Below, one piece after another: positions 1-9,967 of a stretch of DNA of 64,000 nt. The stretch lies in NCBI GenBank assembly GCA_030753015.1, contig JASMDC010000012.1, forward strand, positions 1 through 64,000, read 5' to 3'. Each line of letters begins with the position of its first letter. The stretch's first letter is position 1. This stretch comes from Candidatus Undinarchaeales archaeon (GTDB taxonomy: Archaea > SpSt-1190 > JASMDC01). A program made the position numbers and the translations under genes. Below the pieces are notes generated by a model. The model saw only the letters and a list, made by a program, of their open reading frames with translations. It made no database searches and was not told the origin of the DNA.

Positions 1-62
1 TCAACTGGGTGGTCGACCTGACTGTCGAAGAGGACAAGGGATTGGAGCCGAGAAAAGGTTAG
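1..62 (+). CDS. 3' end of a CDS entering the window (NWVVDLTVEEDKGLEPRKG*)
   Basis: Open frame from base 3 to TAG at 60-62, followed by an AT-richer intergenic stretch. Confidence 0.45.
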   Translation, partial: NWVVDLTVEEDKGLEPRKG

Positions 63-163
63 TTATGCAACAAAGCATATTGGATGGTTGATTCTTAAAG
101 GTATCGAGCACGGCCCTGCCGACCGAAACCTTTTTGACCGTTGACTCCGGAAGCGACCGACAA

Positions 164-238
164 GGACCAGTGGTGTAGCCTGGATAGCATGGGGGCCTCC
201 GGAGCCTCAGATCGCGGGTTCGAATCCTGCCTGGTCCA
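164..238 (+). tRNA. tRNA-Arg(CCG), no encoded CCA
   Basis: Acceptor GGACCAG/CTGGTCC, anticodon arm GGGGC-CTCCGGA-GCCTC, T arm GCGGG-TTCGAAT-CCTGC; BRE/TATA-like GAAACCTTTTTGA at about 125-137. Confidence 0.95.
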
Positions 239-241
239 TTG

Positions 242-281
242 GAGGGCGTGTCCTTGTGGGGCGCGCCCTCTTAGCCTTTCT
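242..281 (+). terminator. GC hairpin plus pyrimidine tract after tRNA-Arg
   Basis: GAGGGCGTGTCC...GGGGCGCGCCCTC stem (with G-U pairs) followed by TTAGCCTTTTCT. Confidence 0.5.
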
Positions 282-389
282 CAATACCTCTCTTCTGCAG
301 GACAGCAAGCGTGCTCGATCGACGCACTCAAGATTGAACGATGGCAATAGTTGAAGAAAGATTCCTGCGGGAACGGTGTGGAGGGCCTA

Positions 390-716
390 CTACAGCCCCT
401 CGATGTTGTCCTTCCACTCGTCGAGCTTCTCCACGATGGCATCGGAGGTCTGGACGACATGGTCCTGGGTGAGCTCGAACACGTTGATGAGCGAGGACAT
501 GCCCAGGGCGGTGACGGCCAGGAGGGTCATGGCGGCCACGATCCCCATGATCAACTTACTGACGCGTAGGTCCTGGATGAAGGAGTCCACCGTGTACGGC
601 CCGCGGGGGACGTACGCCGAGGCGATGAGCGCGGCTAGAATGATGAAAACCACGGCCGTGATGGAGTAGACCTTGGACATGCTCGTCCGTCGTGCCATGT
701 TCTTCATGCTGGACAT
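390..716 (-). CDS. small two-TM hypothetical membrane protein (start may be 698)
   Basis: Two hydrophobic segments; divergent from the 806 operon across an AT-rich TATA region. Confidence 0.7.
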   Translation of the reverse strand: MSSMKNMARRTSMSKVYSITAVVFIILAALIASAYVPRGPYTVDSFIQDLRVSKLIMGIVAAMTLLAVTALGMSSLINVFELTQDHVVQTSDAIVEKLDEWKDNIEGL

Positions 717-721
717 TGCCT

Positions 722-790
722 TGATTATTTAAAAAATATCCCCTCGCGGCCGCCGGAAAAGCGTATATAGGTGAGCTGCTATATTCTATC
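722..790. promoter_or_regulatory. divergent archaeal promoter region
   Basis: TATTTAAAAA (TTTTTAAATA on minus) and GAAAAGCGTATATA (BRE-TATA-like on plus) in a GC-rich background. Confidence 0.55.
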
Positions 791-805
791 CTTGGTGGTG
801 CGGGC

Positions 806-3800
806 ATGAGCGGGGATGGTCTAGTGCGTGCACGAGCAGGCCTTTTACTCGTCGTTCTTCTCGTCCTGCTCACACCAGTCCAGGCAGGATGCCGTCGTGG
901 CCAGGACTTCAGTGGTGTATCCCAGCAGGTCGAGTACCGCGACGGCAGCATGTGGTGCACTAACCTCTGGTACCGCTATAACAACGGTCACTGGGAGGTG
1001 AAGGGCAAGGGCCTCTCGAGCAGCTACAACGACGTGGGCAGCAGCTTCGTCCGGCGCAAGGAGAGCGGGATGTGTGACATCTACAAGCGTATCACCCGCG
1101 CGCTGCGCAACGCAGACCTCGATGCGGGCGCCCGTGTCCTCTGGAGAACGATGCACGGTGAGGATGGCGACGACGACGTCATCATCTACAACGACTACCG
1201 CGGGAAGGAGATGGAGGTCGACGACGACACGAGCCTCACCGAGGGGGGATTCAGGGGTATCATCGGCCGCAGCCTCAGGGCTTGCCCGAAGCCGACGCCC
1301 ATACCGACCCCGACACCCAAGCCGACCCCGACTCCAACGCCCAAACCGACACCTACTCCTACACCGAAGCCGACGCCCACACCGACACCCCGTCCTCCCG
1401 CACGCCACCGCTTGGCGATCCCAGACGGGTACAACCAAGGAATCCCTCACGATCCCCCGGACGGTGCCGGCGGTGTGTCCCCCGACGACATACGTGGGCT
1501 TGATATAGGTTCTATGACAGCGCCCTCGACCCGACCCGTCCCGCTCGGTGCACCAGAGGTACCGTGCACGGGCCAGACGTACGACAACATGGCTGACTAT
1601 CTTGACGCTATGGCGGCCACCTATGAGGCGCTCGCTATCCACTATACCGCCATCGCCGCCGACCTGATCGTCGTGGAGGACGGATTGGGCCAGCAGTGCG
1701 ATATGTGCTCGAAAGCCCTCGGAAGTGTGAAAGGTCTCGGGTTCGGTCCGTGCGATCCGGCCCTCACGGGCGAGGGCCTCACCGCTGCAGCGGTCGCAGC
1801 GAACACGACGCTCGGTCCGTCCCTCTGCCACAAGGCCGCCGAGCGGAGGTGCGAGCCCCGGGCGCTCAAGGAGTGCCTGCCTGAGGGCGCTGGCGTTACT
1901 GAGGGGCCGATCCCGCTCCCCCCGTCGACGGAGCGGGAGGGCGAAAAGCTCCTCCTCCCCATCCCAGGGATGAAGGAGGATCAGGACAAGAGCTATGCAT
2001 CGGACACGGGAATGGACGCCCACGCTCCCGTGGGCACGCCCATCCAGGCGGTTGCGGACGGGGCCCTCATATACAGCGAGGAGGGGCACACGCCCTGGAA
2101 CCGGCCGCCGGACACCCCCAACACCATCCTCATCAGGCTCGACAAGCCGGTCACCTTCAAGCAGAAGACCTACTATTTCGTCTGGTACGCCCACCTCGCG
2201 AGCCTGGCCTTTGAGGTGAAGGACGGTGGCGAGGAACGGCCCGTCCGTCGGGGCGAGCGGCTCGGTACAACGGGCATCGGGAACAAGGTCCCTCACGTCC
2301 ATTTCGGGATCATCGTCCATCGCAGCCAGGGGCCAGGCCTCTTCATGAAGCCTGAGGACATCCACGAGTACTACTGGGGCACGGCGAGTTCGCCCTCTGC
2401 GGATCGGACGGGAGCTGGTGTCGCAGGTGAGGGATATCCCGCGTGCTGCCTCGACCAGACATTTGACAAGGCAACGAACAAGGTCGTCGAGGAACGATGG
2501 AACGTGTATACCGGTACCGGTCAGTTCCTGGACAAGGACTGCGTCCAGGTCCAGGCGGCGTTCGAGCGGGCGGACCGCTACCATCGCTACACTAAGAAGA
2601 CCCTCGATGAATGCAAGGCGCATTGTGGGAACGCTGATGGTGCCCGCTGCTGTGGGCTCCACTGCTTCGATGGGTTCCGGTGTGACACGTCCAAGTCATA
2701 CCCGTACAAATGTACCGCCGTGGCCACGCCCACACCGGTACCGACCGCAACGCCCACGCCTGCCCCCGGTGCTTCCCCGACGCCGCTCCCCGCCCCTGAA
2801 CCGATCATCGATCCGCTACCCGAGCCCGAGCGCGTCCGCTCGAGCGGTCAGGTAGCGGCCGCTGTACGCTGTCCTCTCTGCGTGGCCGTTCCCTGCGCCT
2901 ATGCTGTGGCCTGCGAAGTGGGCTCACCGTCGTCCGACGACCGGTGCGACACCAGTGGTTCCTGCGGTGACATCGTCCGGGCCGGAGCAGCGACAGGGCT
3001 CCGAGGGGGCTACACATGCACCGCCGATCCCGAGAAGGGCGATCCCTGCTGCATCAAGGAAGGAGCGACCTGTCCGTCCTCGTGCAGCGTGTGCAAGACC
3101 GTGCGGACCTCAGTGGTGACGGCCGGCTCCCGTACGGTGGTGACCCTGCCAACGTCCCTGGCCATGTGCCAGCGCGTCTTTGCCGACCTAAAGGACGCGT
3201 GCACCGTGGACGGCTCCGACGTCATCACCGGCAAGACGCTGGACCCGTGTGCCACTCGGGACCGCGTGACCGTTGTCAGGGAACGGCTCGAGGAGCTCGT
3301 CACCAACCTCGGTACAGCTGCCAGGGAGCTGAGAGCAATGGCCCAGGGCGTGCGGGGCTCGCTCCGCAACGGCGTGCCTCCCGACGGGACGGAAGGTCAG
3401 GTAGAGCGTATGATGGACGCGCTCTCGGGCGAGGGCTGGGACGGTGCGTCCGTGACGGCGTTCCAGCACGACCTCACCAGGATCCTCACCTTAGCCGGTG
3501 GCCCCCTTATCCGGGACGTGGGCGGGGCCATGCCCTCCGCGGGTGCTGGTGGAGCAGGTGCTCCGGGCTCGTGGCGTGACGCTTCCGCACCGTACACGCC
3601 CACAGAGGATACCTGGCGCCGGTCCGAGGTTAGTACTGCTGCCGGAGAGGAGATGAAGCGCGCGGTCGTCCGGTACCGCGGCAGCGACGAATGGGCCACG
3701 TTCTGTGGCCGCTACGCCCAGACAGCTGGGAGGTACCCCGTGGACACCTCGGCCATCGAGTCCAAGGCACCCGGTGTGGGATGTGGGGGCCCCATGGGGC

Positions 3801-6800
3801 GGTGCGAGTCCGCGCTCGAGGCCGGTGGCGAGGTGGCGCTGGGCAACAGTGATCGATGGTCGACAACCCATCTCGAGGCCTTACAGGCCCTGGCCGGTCT
3901 GGACACCAAGAAGCTCTTCATCGACGCGCGGGAATGCTTCAGGTACGCAACGACGGATCCTCCGGACGGTCCGGGGGATTCCGACGATGGAGGTGGGGAA
4001 CTGGCGCCTGGCCAGTGCTCTGAGGGCTGTGCGCTCTGCTTCGGCTCACGGGACTCGCACTGCCACCCCCAGCTCAGCCTGTGCGTGTGCCGCACTGCGA
4101 GCGGTCGACATACCATCGACCTCGGCTGCACACCGGGCCCGGGCGAGGACGACCTGGCGCTCGCTCGTGAGTGCTGTGCAGCGGAGCGGTCCGGACCTTC
4201 GCGGGAGGAGAAGGGGGATGAGGGCCTGCTCGTACTGCGCGAGAGCGCTGTCGGTTCGGACGCCGACCATGCCGTGTGCCAGAGCCCGGCAGAGGCCGCG
4301 AAGGCCACCTTCGACGTGTGCGATAGCAAGAGCTCGCCGACGGGACTGTGCTGCCTCGACGGGCTCAAGGAGAGCCCGGTCGGGAAGGATGAATGCAAGG
4401 AGCGGCTGAACCTCACATGCGAGGAGGAGTGCCTCAGGATCCATGCTGACGACACCCGGGCCGCTCGGCGGTGCGTCCGCAACTGCACGCTCCCCGAAGA
4501 CGGCACCGCACCTGAACCCACGCCCGATGTACCAGCGCCCGATGACGCTGACAACGCGACCCTGGAGTGCAAGCAGGCGTGCCTTCGGGACAACGACGAT
4601 GACGCTACGGCGGCCCTCACCTGCATGCGGGGCTGCGGGGGCGACCTCGCCTGTGAGGACACTTGTTCCAAGGAACGGCCGGACCCCGTGCTCCTCCGGC
4701 CCTGTCTCGAGGCATGTGTCGGCTGGGGTGACGGCTCGGCGAACGTCACATGCGAGGAGGGCTGCATCATCAAGTTCGGGGCCGGTTCTTCCAACGCCAA
4801 GATATGCGTCAGCAGGTGCGGTGAGGTGGACGTGACCTGCGAGGAGCGGTGTCTGCGCGAGGGCGACGAGCTCGCAGTAACAGGGGAAGAGCGGACCACA
4901 TGGATCAGCTCCTGTCTCGTCGGATGCGGGAAGAGCCCCGGGTGCATGGATGTGTGTCGCGAGCGGTTCCCCCTCGACGAGACGGCACGTCGGTCGTGCG
5001 AGGTGGCCTGCGAACCGCCCAACAGCACGGTATCCTGCATCCAGAACTGCACAGCCTCGGGCGGCGACGAGCACGAGTGCGTCCGGCTCTGCAAGGCTCT
5101 GGCCCCCGACGTCACCGTTTCCGGTGTGGCGCTCACGCGTGGAACGACGCCCGCCCGGACCTTCCTCGCCAACGAGACCGTCCGGGTCCATGCCCAGGTG
5201 AACAACACGGGCAACTACACGTTCGCTGGCCGTGCCATCGTCCAGATGCGTATAATCGGCGATTGTGACTGCCCGACCTGCCCTGAGGACTATGCCTGCG
5301 GGTGCACGTGCGAAGAGGAGGTCAGGACCCTCCGCGAGCTATCGGTCCCCAGCCTTGCTCCGGGCAAGGGCATCGCCTATCTGTCCGATCCGGTGACGCT
5401 CGAACCGTCGCTGGCCAACAAGACCGTTCAGCTCCGTGTAGAGGTCGTGGGCCCCGACGCCACGACAGTAGCTATTGGCGAGGGTCCACTGGTGCACATC
5501 GTCGAGATGGGTGACGTTTCGGTCACGCACGCATCGTTCATCGAGACGGCCGAGGGCGCCGAGGTGACCGCAGGGCATCCGGGCATGGACATCTCGGGCA
5601 GGGTACGCTTCTCGACCCGCTTGTTCCCCGTGCTGGTGGAAGCCTACACGATCATCGGCGACAACCAGGAACTGATGGGGACAAGGAACGCTCTGATGGT
5701 CGAGCGACCAGGAGCGACATCCCTTCGATGCGATGGCGGCGATCTCTCACGCCTCGAGAAGAGCGGTCTACGTCGATGTGCTCCCTACCGGGAGTTCGTG
5801 GAACGGGAGCTTGAGATTTTCGACCTCCAGGGACGTATCGATCCGCTGATGGTCATGGCCCTCATGATGCAGGAGTCCTCGTGCAATCCCGACGTGAACT
5901 GCGGAGGTATCATGCAGGTCGACCATCCATGCCGGGTGGAGAAGGACTCCCCGCTATACTGCGCATGCAAGGGCGATGCGGAGCTCGGTATCAACCTCGG
6001 AACGAAGCTCCTGCGCGACCGACTGGACCGCGCCGTGCTCCGGGGTGCTGCCGAGGAGGAGGCGCTCACGTTCGTGCTCTTCGGCTATAACCGCGGGATG
6101 GCGGCCATGGACGATGCCATCAAGAACAGAAAGGCGGGTGCCACGGTGTTCGAGGCCATGATGGGTGCGTGCGAGAAGTGGTACGGACCGGGGACGTCGT
6201 GGGACAATATCGACTATTATTGCCGACGCCAAGGGATGGGCCCCCACTATCCCGAGATCGTGTTCGAGCGGTTCCGGAAGGCCTGCGGTGAGATCGGCGG
6301 TACGGTCACAGAGGGCGGGGGCACCGTCACCGACCTCGAGGTGCTCACCCATCCTCTGTCGCTCACGGATGATCATCTGGGATTGGTGCTCCACCTCGGT
6401 GTACGCCTGAGCGACGGTGGCGGGAGGACGCTCGTAGAGACCGTGCTGGACGAGCAGGGGTTCGATCCCGGTCGGTGCGAGGGACGGGCCATGACGACCT
6501 GGTGCGTCCAGGAACGGGCGAGGGTGCGGCTCGGGTACCCTCAGGCCTACCTGGAGGTGCGTCGGCCTACGGTCCGTATAAAGGAGGCGGCCTTCCTCGA
6601 CGCGGATGGTCTGGCGACGGCACGGGCAGGTGCCGGTGAACAGGTCACCTATGAGATGACGCTCGAGAACCGGGAGCTGGTCCCATTCTCCGGCACCATG
6701 ACGGCAGTGGCCCGGTGGCCCGACGGTACGAACATTACCGGTTCTTCGGTCCACCGCATCGTCGATTCACTGGAGCGCGGTGAGCCTGTCACCCTCGGTT

Positions 6801-7132
6801 CGCTGCCCTTCCCGGCCTTCGCGGACCCGGCCGGGGGCGATGCCATGGCCATCCACGTCACCGTCCGGGACGTAGAGGGTCGGATCTGGCTCGACGAGGA
6901 CGTGGACCCCGCGCTATTCCCATTCTCCACGCTCACACAGCGGGAGGACGAAGAGGATGACGTGGCGGACGGACGGCGGCGCGATATCGAGACCACCTTC
7001 ATCGTCGGCAGCTGCCGGCTCGAGGTGCTCTGCGAGGGTTGCCTGCCCACGTGCGAGCTGCACATCGACCGGGCCACCTGCGGTCTGGTGACCCGCCGAT
7101 GCGGGTGCACCTGTGATACCGGGGGGGGATGA
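806..7132 (+). CDS. giant secreted Cys-rich multidomain protein with M23 peptidase-like and lytic transglycosylase (SLT)-like domains and Ig/CARDB-like repeats
   Basis: Signal peptide ending PVQA; PT linkers; M23 signature GMDAHAPVGTPIQAVADG...YAHL...VRRGERLGTTG...PHVHF (about 1950-2380); SLT motifs IDPLMVMALMMQES / GIMQV / GYNRG (about 5780-6280); CxxxC repeats; three beta-sandwich repeats. Confidence 0.85.
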   Translation: MSGDGLVRARAGLLLVVLLVLLTPVQAGCRRGQDFSGVSQQVEYRDGSMWCTNLWYRYNNGHWEVKGKGLSSSYNDVGSSFVRRKESGMCDIYKRITRALRNADLDAGARVLWRTMHGEDGDDDVIIYNDYRGKEMEVDDDTSLTEGGFRGIIGRSLRACPKPTPIPTPTPKPTPTPTPKPTPTPTPKPTPTPTPRPPARHRLAIPDGYNQGIPHDPPDGAGGVSPDDIRGLDIGSMTAPSTRPVPLGAPEVPCTGQTYDNMADYLDAMAATYEALAIHYTAIAADLIVVEDGLGQQCDMCSKALGSVKGLGFGPCDPALTGEGLTAAAVAANTTLGPSLCHKAAERRCEPRALKECLPEGAGVTEGPIPLPPSTEREGEKLLLPIPGMKEDQDKSYASDTGMDAHAPVGTPIQAVADGALIYSEEGHTPWNRPPDTPNTILIRLDKPVTFKQKTYYFVWYAHLASLAFEVKDGGEERPVRRGERLGTTGIGNKVPHVHFGIIVHRSQGPGLFMKPEDIHEYYWGTASSPSADRTGAGVAGEGYPACCLDQTFDKATNKVVEERWNVYTGTGQFLDKDCVQVQAAFERADRYHRYTKKTLDECKAHCGNADGARCCGLHCFDGFRCDTSKSYPYKCTAVATPTPVPTATPTPAPGASPTPLPAPEPIIDPLPEPERVRSSGQVAAAVRCPLCVAVPCAYAVACEVGSPSSDDRCDTSGSCGDIVRAGAATGLRGGYTCTADPEKGDPCCIKEGATCPSSCSVCKTVRTSVVTAGSRTVVTLPTSLAMCQRVFADLKDACTVDGSDVITGKTLDPCATRDRVTVVRERLEELVTNLGTAARELRAMAQGVRGSLRNGVPPDGTEGQVERMMDALSGEGWDGASVTAFQHDLTRILTLAGGPLIRDVGGAMPSAGAGGAGAPGSWRDASAPYTPTEDTWRRSEVSTAAGEEMKRAVVRYRGSDEWATFCGRYAQTAGRYPVDTSAIESKAPGVGCGGPMGRCESALEAGGEVALGNSDRWSTTHLEALQALAGLDTKKLFIDARECFRYATTDPPDGPGDSDDGGGELAPGQCSEGCALCFGSRDSHCHPQLSLCVCRTASGRHTIDLGCTPGPGEDDLALARECCAAERSGPSREEKGDEGLLVLRESAVGSDADHAVCQSPAEAAKATFDVCDSKSSPTGLCCLDGLKESPVGKDECKERLNLTCEEECLRIHADDTRAARRCVRNCTLPEDGTAPEPTPDVPAPDDADNATLECKQACLRDNDDDATAALTCMRGCGGDLACEDTCSKERPDPVLLRPCLEACVGWGDGSANVTCEEGCIIKFGAGSSNAKICVSRCGEVDVTCEERCLREGDELAVTGEERTTWISSCLVGCGKSPGCMDVCRERFPLDETARRSCEVACEPPNSTVSCIQNCTASGGDEHECVRLCKALAPDVTVSGVALTRGTTPARTFLANETVRVHAQVNNTGNYTFAGRAIVQMRIIGDCDCPTCPEDYACGCTCEEEVRTLRELSVPSLAPGKGIAYLSDPVTLEPSLANKTVQLRVEVVGPDATTVAIGEGPLVHIVEMGDVSVTHASFIETAEGAEVTAGHPGMDISGRVRFSTRLFPVLVEAYTIIGDNQELMGTRNALMVERPGATSLRCDGGDLSRLEKSGLRRCAPYREFVERELEIFDLQGRIDPLMVMALMMQESSCNPDVNCGGIMQVDHPCRVEKDSPLYCACKGDAELGINLGTKLLRDRLDRAVLRGAAEEEALTFVLFGYNRGMAAMDDAIKNRKAGATVFEAMMGACEKWYGPGTSWDNIDYYCRRQGMGPHYPEIVFERFRKACGEIGGTVTEGGGTVTDLEVLTHPLSLTDDHLGLVLHLGVRLSDGGGRTLVETVLDEQGFDPGRCEGRAMTTWCVQERARVRLGYPQAYLEVRRPTVRIKEAAFLDADGLATARAGAGEQVTYEMTLENRELVPFSGTMTAVARWPDGTNITGSSVHRIVDSLERGEPVTLGSLPFPAFADPAGGDAMAIHVTVRDVEGRIWLDEDVDPALFPFSTLTQREDEEDDVADGRRRDIETTFIVGSCRLEVLCEGCLPTCELHIDRATCGLVTRRCGCTCDTGGG
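1286..1392 (+). repeat. Pro-Thr linker repeat (PKPTPTPT)n, in frame
   Basis: About four degenerate 24-nt units. Confidence 0.85.
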
Positions 7133-9967
7133 ATGGTGCGTGAAGGTCTCGGGAGCGGACGGGTGGCAGTAGCACTAGTGGCAATGCTGGTCGCGCTCGT
7201 TCACGCCGGTGCTCCTGTCGCGTCGGTGGTCACGGAAAGTGTGGACATCTCATTGTTGGAAGTTCAGGAGGTGGACGTCGTGTTCTCACTGCCTCCCGAG
7301 GACGCTGCCGCTCTCGACGATGCGGACCTCGCGGCCCGGTGCATCACAGCCGTGCCATCGCTCACATGCCGTCCCGAGAGGGACGAGGCCTCGGGGCGCA
7401 TCACGTTCGACGTGTCCGGCGAGCCGGTCTTCGGGCTCGAGGAGCTCACCTGGCGCGAGGGGACCGACGGTACCGTCCTTCGCCTCAAGCTCTCCTTCGA
7501 GTACCGCCCCGTCCAGTTCGCAATGGCACCCGGGCTTCTGGCGGACCGGCGGGACCTCACCATCCGCTATCCGTCCCACCGGGCGGTCGTGGAGGACCTG
7601 CGGGACATGCCCACCTTCTCTACCTTCATCCTCTCCGGCCCCGAGGGAACGCTCGACCTGCCCGACGATGTGGAGGGATGGGCACGTGAGCTTGTCATCG
7701 GCGATGCTCTCCTTCTCCCGCAGCTCCCGGGTGCGCTGTGCGTCGCTGCCGTCGTTCGCGAGGGCGAGCCCCGGCCCGTACTGAACGCTCTCTCGCCGGG
7801 ATGCACGCCCTTCCCACTCTCCACAACGGGGCTGATCGCTGGCGGTGACGCCGAGCTGGTCGTGGTATCGGTCAGGACAGGTGGAGACGATATAGAGCTC
7901 GTCTCGTCGCGCGTCCCCCTCTCCCTCGAGCAGCCGGACATAGTGGTGGCGGTCCGACCGGACGGTGATGTCGTGACCGGGCCCGCTTTCGATGTGGACG
8001 TTCGTGTCGACGGCCCCGTGGACGCGTGCGAGGTCTCGCTGGTGGACCTTGAAGGGAACAGGATGGAGCATCTCTCGCTCACCACCTGCGGCAGGATCAG
8101 GCTGAGCACAGCGAAGCTCGAGCCGGGACGCTATCTGGTACGCGCCAGGGCAACGCGCGGGGATCTCGAAGGTATCGGTACTGCTGTTGTGACCTTCGTC
8201 GCAACCCGGACCGAAGGTGTCGTGTTCACGACCGACAAGGACGTGTACGCGGCAGGCGAGACCGTGTCGGTGTACCCCGAGCGGGAAGGGGACGTATGTG
8301 AGGTGACGATCTCGGACATGGACGGCGCCACCGTGACGCGGACGAGCGCAGGCGGCTGCGCGCCGGCCCAGCTCGCACTGGACGAGGCGCTCGAGCCCGG
8401 CACTTATGAGGTGCGCACCGAGCTGTTCCAAGGAGGTTCCATCGTGGCGACCGGTGTCAAGACCGTCGAGGTCGTCGACTGGCAACCGCGACGGGGTAGC
8501 GTCCACTCCACCCTGTGCTTCGGCGGTTCGTTGCCCGTGCTCGACACCAGCATCCCATGCATCGGCCCGCGCATGATGTGCCATCCGACCTCCGAGTCCA
8601 TCCCGCTCTGTCTGTGCTTCGATGCGGACGGACGCCCCCGTGACGTGTGCGAGTACCGCGATACGTGTGTCCCGGACCAAGGTGCCGACGCCAGTGTATG
8701 CAAACCCCCCCCGTCGACGATGTCCCCCTTCACCGTGATCCGTTCCCGTGGAAGGTGTGTGGCGAAGCGCGGTCTGGAGACGCTCTCCTGCGTCGAGGTG
8801 GGCGAGCTGTGCACGGGTACGTGCGTGTGCCTGGACCCGTCGGACCGTGCTCTCTCTCCCTGCACTGCGGGGCAGGCGTGCACGCTGACAGGCTGCCGTG
8901 ACCCCGCGTTCGTGTTCGAGGTCAAGGGATTCGATCCCATCCACGTGCGCACCGGTGCGGTGGCGGAGGAGGTACAGCTCACCTGGAAGGGGGTCGTGAA
9001 GGTGGGTGAACGTCTGGATGACAAGCGTGTGCGCGAGCAGCTGACCGCGTCCGCCTTCCTGGGCGGTACCGGAGGTACGGCGCCCGAGACGTCGTTCGAC
9101 GCATCCCGTAACGAGTGGACATTCACCTCGGGCTTCACCCACCACCTCGAGCCAGGGCGGTACGACGCCTTCCTCATGCTGAGCGTGGGGGATGATATGC
9201 TCCTCGTGCGCCGGCCCTTCGAGATGTGGTACCCGCTGGAGAAGAGCGAGCTCGACATGGAGGTGGTGTCCGTGAAACCGCGTCGCCTCTCCATAGCGGA
9301 CGTGGAGCAGGGAGCGACCGTCCAGTTGAACGTGCGCATCTCCGATGGTTCGGGCGCTCCCGTGCCCTTCGTACCCGCTTCGGCCATGACCGCGACCGTG
9401 GGCGACGAGGAGGGTGGGGTGCGCGCGGACGTGACCTCTGCCGGGTACGAACGCCACACCGGCCTCTGGACTGTTGTGGTGTACCTCCGGGGCGTTTCGA
9501 CCATGTCCGATCACCTAACCCTGTCGGTAGGCCACCTCGGCCGGACGGGCCAGGCACGGACCCGGCTCGATATCCTCGAGCGCATCCCCCTCTCACTGGA
9601 CATCATCCGGGTGGAGCCGGGGACGCAGGAGGACCCGTTGTTCCTGCTCCTGGCGGGCCTCGGGTTCGACATGGACGTGCTCATGGACCTGGAGGGCGGC
9701 GACCGGATCTCTGCCGACAGCTTCACCGTCATGGTGGGCGACCACGACGTGAGCGAAGCGATATCCTACATCTACAGGACGAGCGTCGGCGTCCGCCTCC
9801 ATCTATCCAGTGCCCGCCTATGCCCCACACCCGACCGCCCCATGCCCCTTGACGTGGTGGTGACCGTCCGGGACGCGACCACCGGCGAGGAAGCGTCCGC
9901 CACGTCCCGCATCAGGCTCTCGGGGAATCCCGGGAACTGGCGGTCGCTAGAGGGGGTGAGCTGCTGA
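7133..9967 (+). CDS. secreted multi-Ig-like/Cys-rich surface protein
   Basis: Signal peptide; TTDKDVYAAGETV and LEPGxY motifs typical of MG2/Ig-like beta-sandwiches; central Cys-rich repeats; starts immediately after the upstream stop. Confidence 0.75.
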   Translation: MVREGLGSGRVAVALVAMLVALVHAGAPVASVVTESVDISLLEVQEVDVVFSLPPEDAAALDDADLAARCITAVPSLTCRPERDEASGRITFDVSGEPVFGLEELTWREGTDGTVLRLKLSFEYRPVQFAMAPGLLADRRDLTIRYPSHRAVVEDLRDMPTFSTFILSGPEGTLDLPDDVEGWARELVIGDALLLPQLPGALCVAAVVREGEPRPVLNALSPGCTPFPLSTTGLIAGGDAELVVVSVRTGGDDIELVSSRVPLSLEQPDIVVAVRPDGDVVTGPAFDVDVRVDGPVDACEVSLVDLEGNRMEHLSLTTCGRIRLSTAKLEPGRYLVRARATRGDLEGIGTAVVTFVATRTEGVVFTTDKDVYAAGETVSVYPEREGDVCEVTISDMDGATVTRTSAGGCAPAQLALDEALEPGTYEVRTELFQGGSIVATGVKTVEVVDWQPRRGSVHSTLCFGGSLPVLDTSIPCIGPRMMCHPTSESIPLCLCFDADGRPRDVCEYRDTCVPDQGADASVCKPPPSTMSPFTVIRSRGRCVAKRGLETLSCVEVGELCTGTCVCLDPSDRALSPCTAGQACTLTGCRDPAFVFEVKGFDPIHVRTGAVAEEVQLTWKGVVKVGERLDDKRVREQLTASAFLGGTGGTAPETSFDASRNEWTFTSGFTHHLEPGRYDAFLMLSVGDDMLLVRRPFEMWYPLEKSELDMEVVSVKPRRLSIADVEQGATVQLNVRISDGSGAPVPFVPASAMTATVGDEEGGVRADVTSAGYERHTGLWTVVVYLRGVSTMSDHLTLSVGHLGRTGQARTRLDILERIPLSLDIIRVEPGTQEDPLFLLLAGLGFDMDVLMDLEGGDRISADSFTVMVGDHDVSEAISYIYRTSVGVRLHLSSARLCPTPDRPMPLDVVVTVRDATTGEEASATSRIRLSGNPGNWRSLEGVSC

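Noticed and set aside
141-350. 69-aa ORF from the track
   Set aside because: It overlaps tRNA-Arg and its terminator
884-910. RRGQ after the signal peptide as a class III cleavage site
   Set aside because: No hydrophobic helix follows it
806-7132. Phage tail or tape-measure protein, or prophage origin of the M23/SLT domains
   Set aside because: It has a Sec signal peptide and a Cys-rich scaffold, and no capsid, terminase, portal or holin genes are nearby
845-9514. Long antisense ORFs (605, 500, 381, 742, 366 aa)
   Set aside because: Shadow frames of high-GC genes with no recognisable motifs
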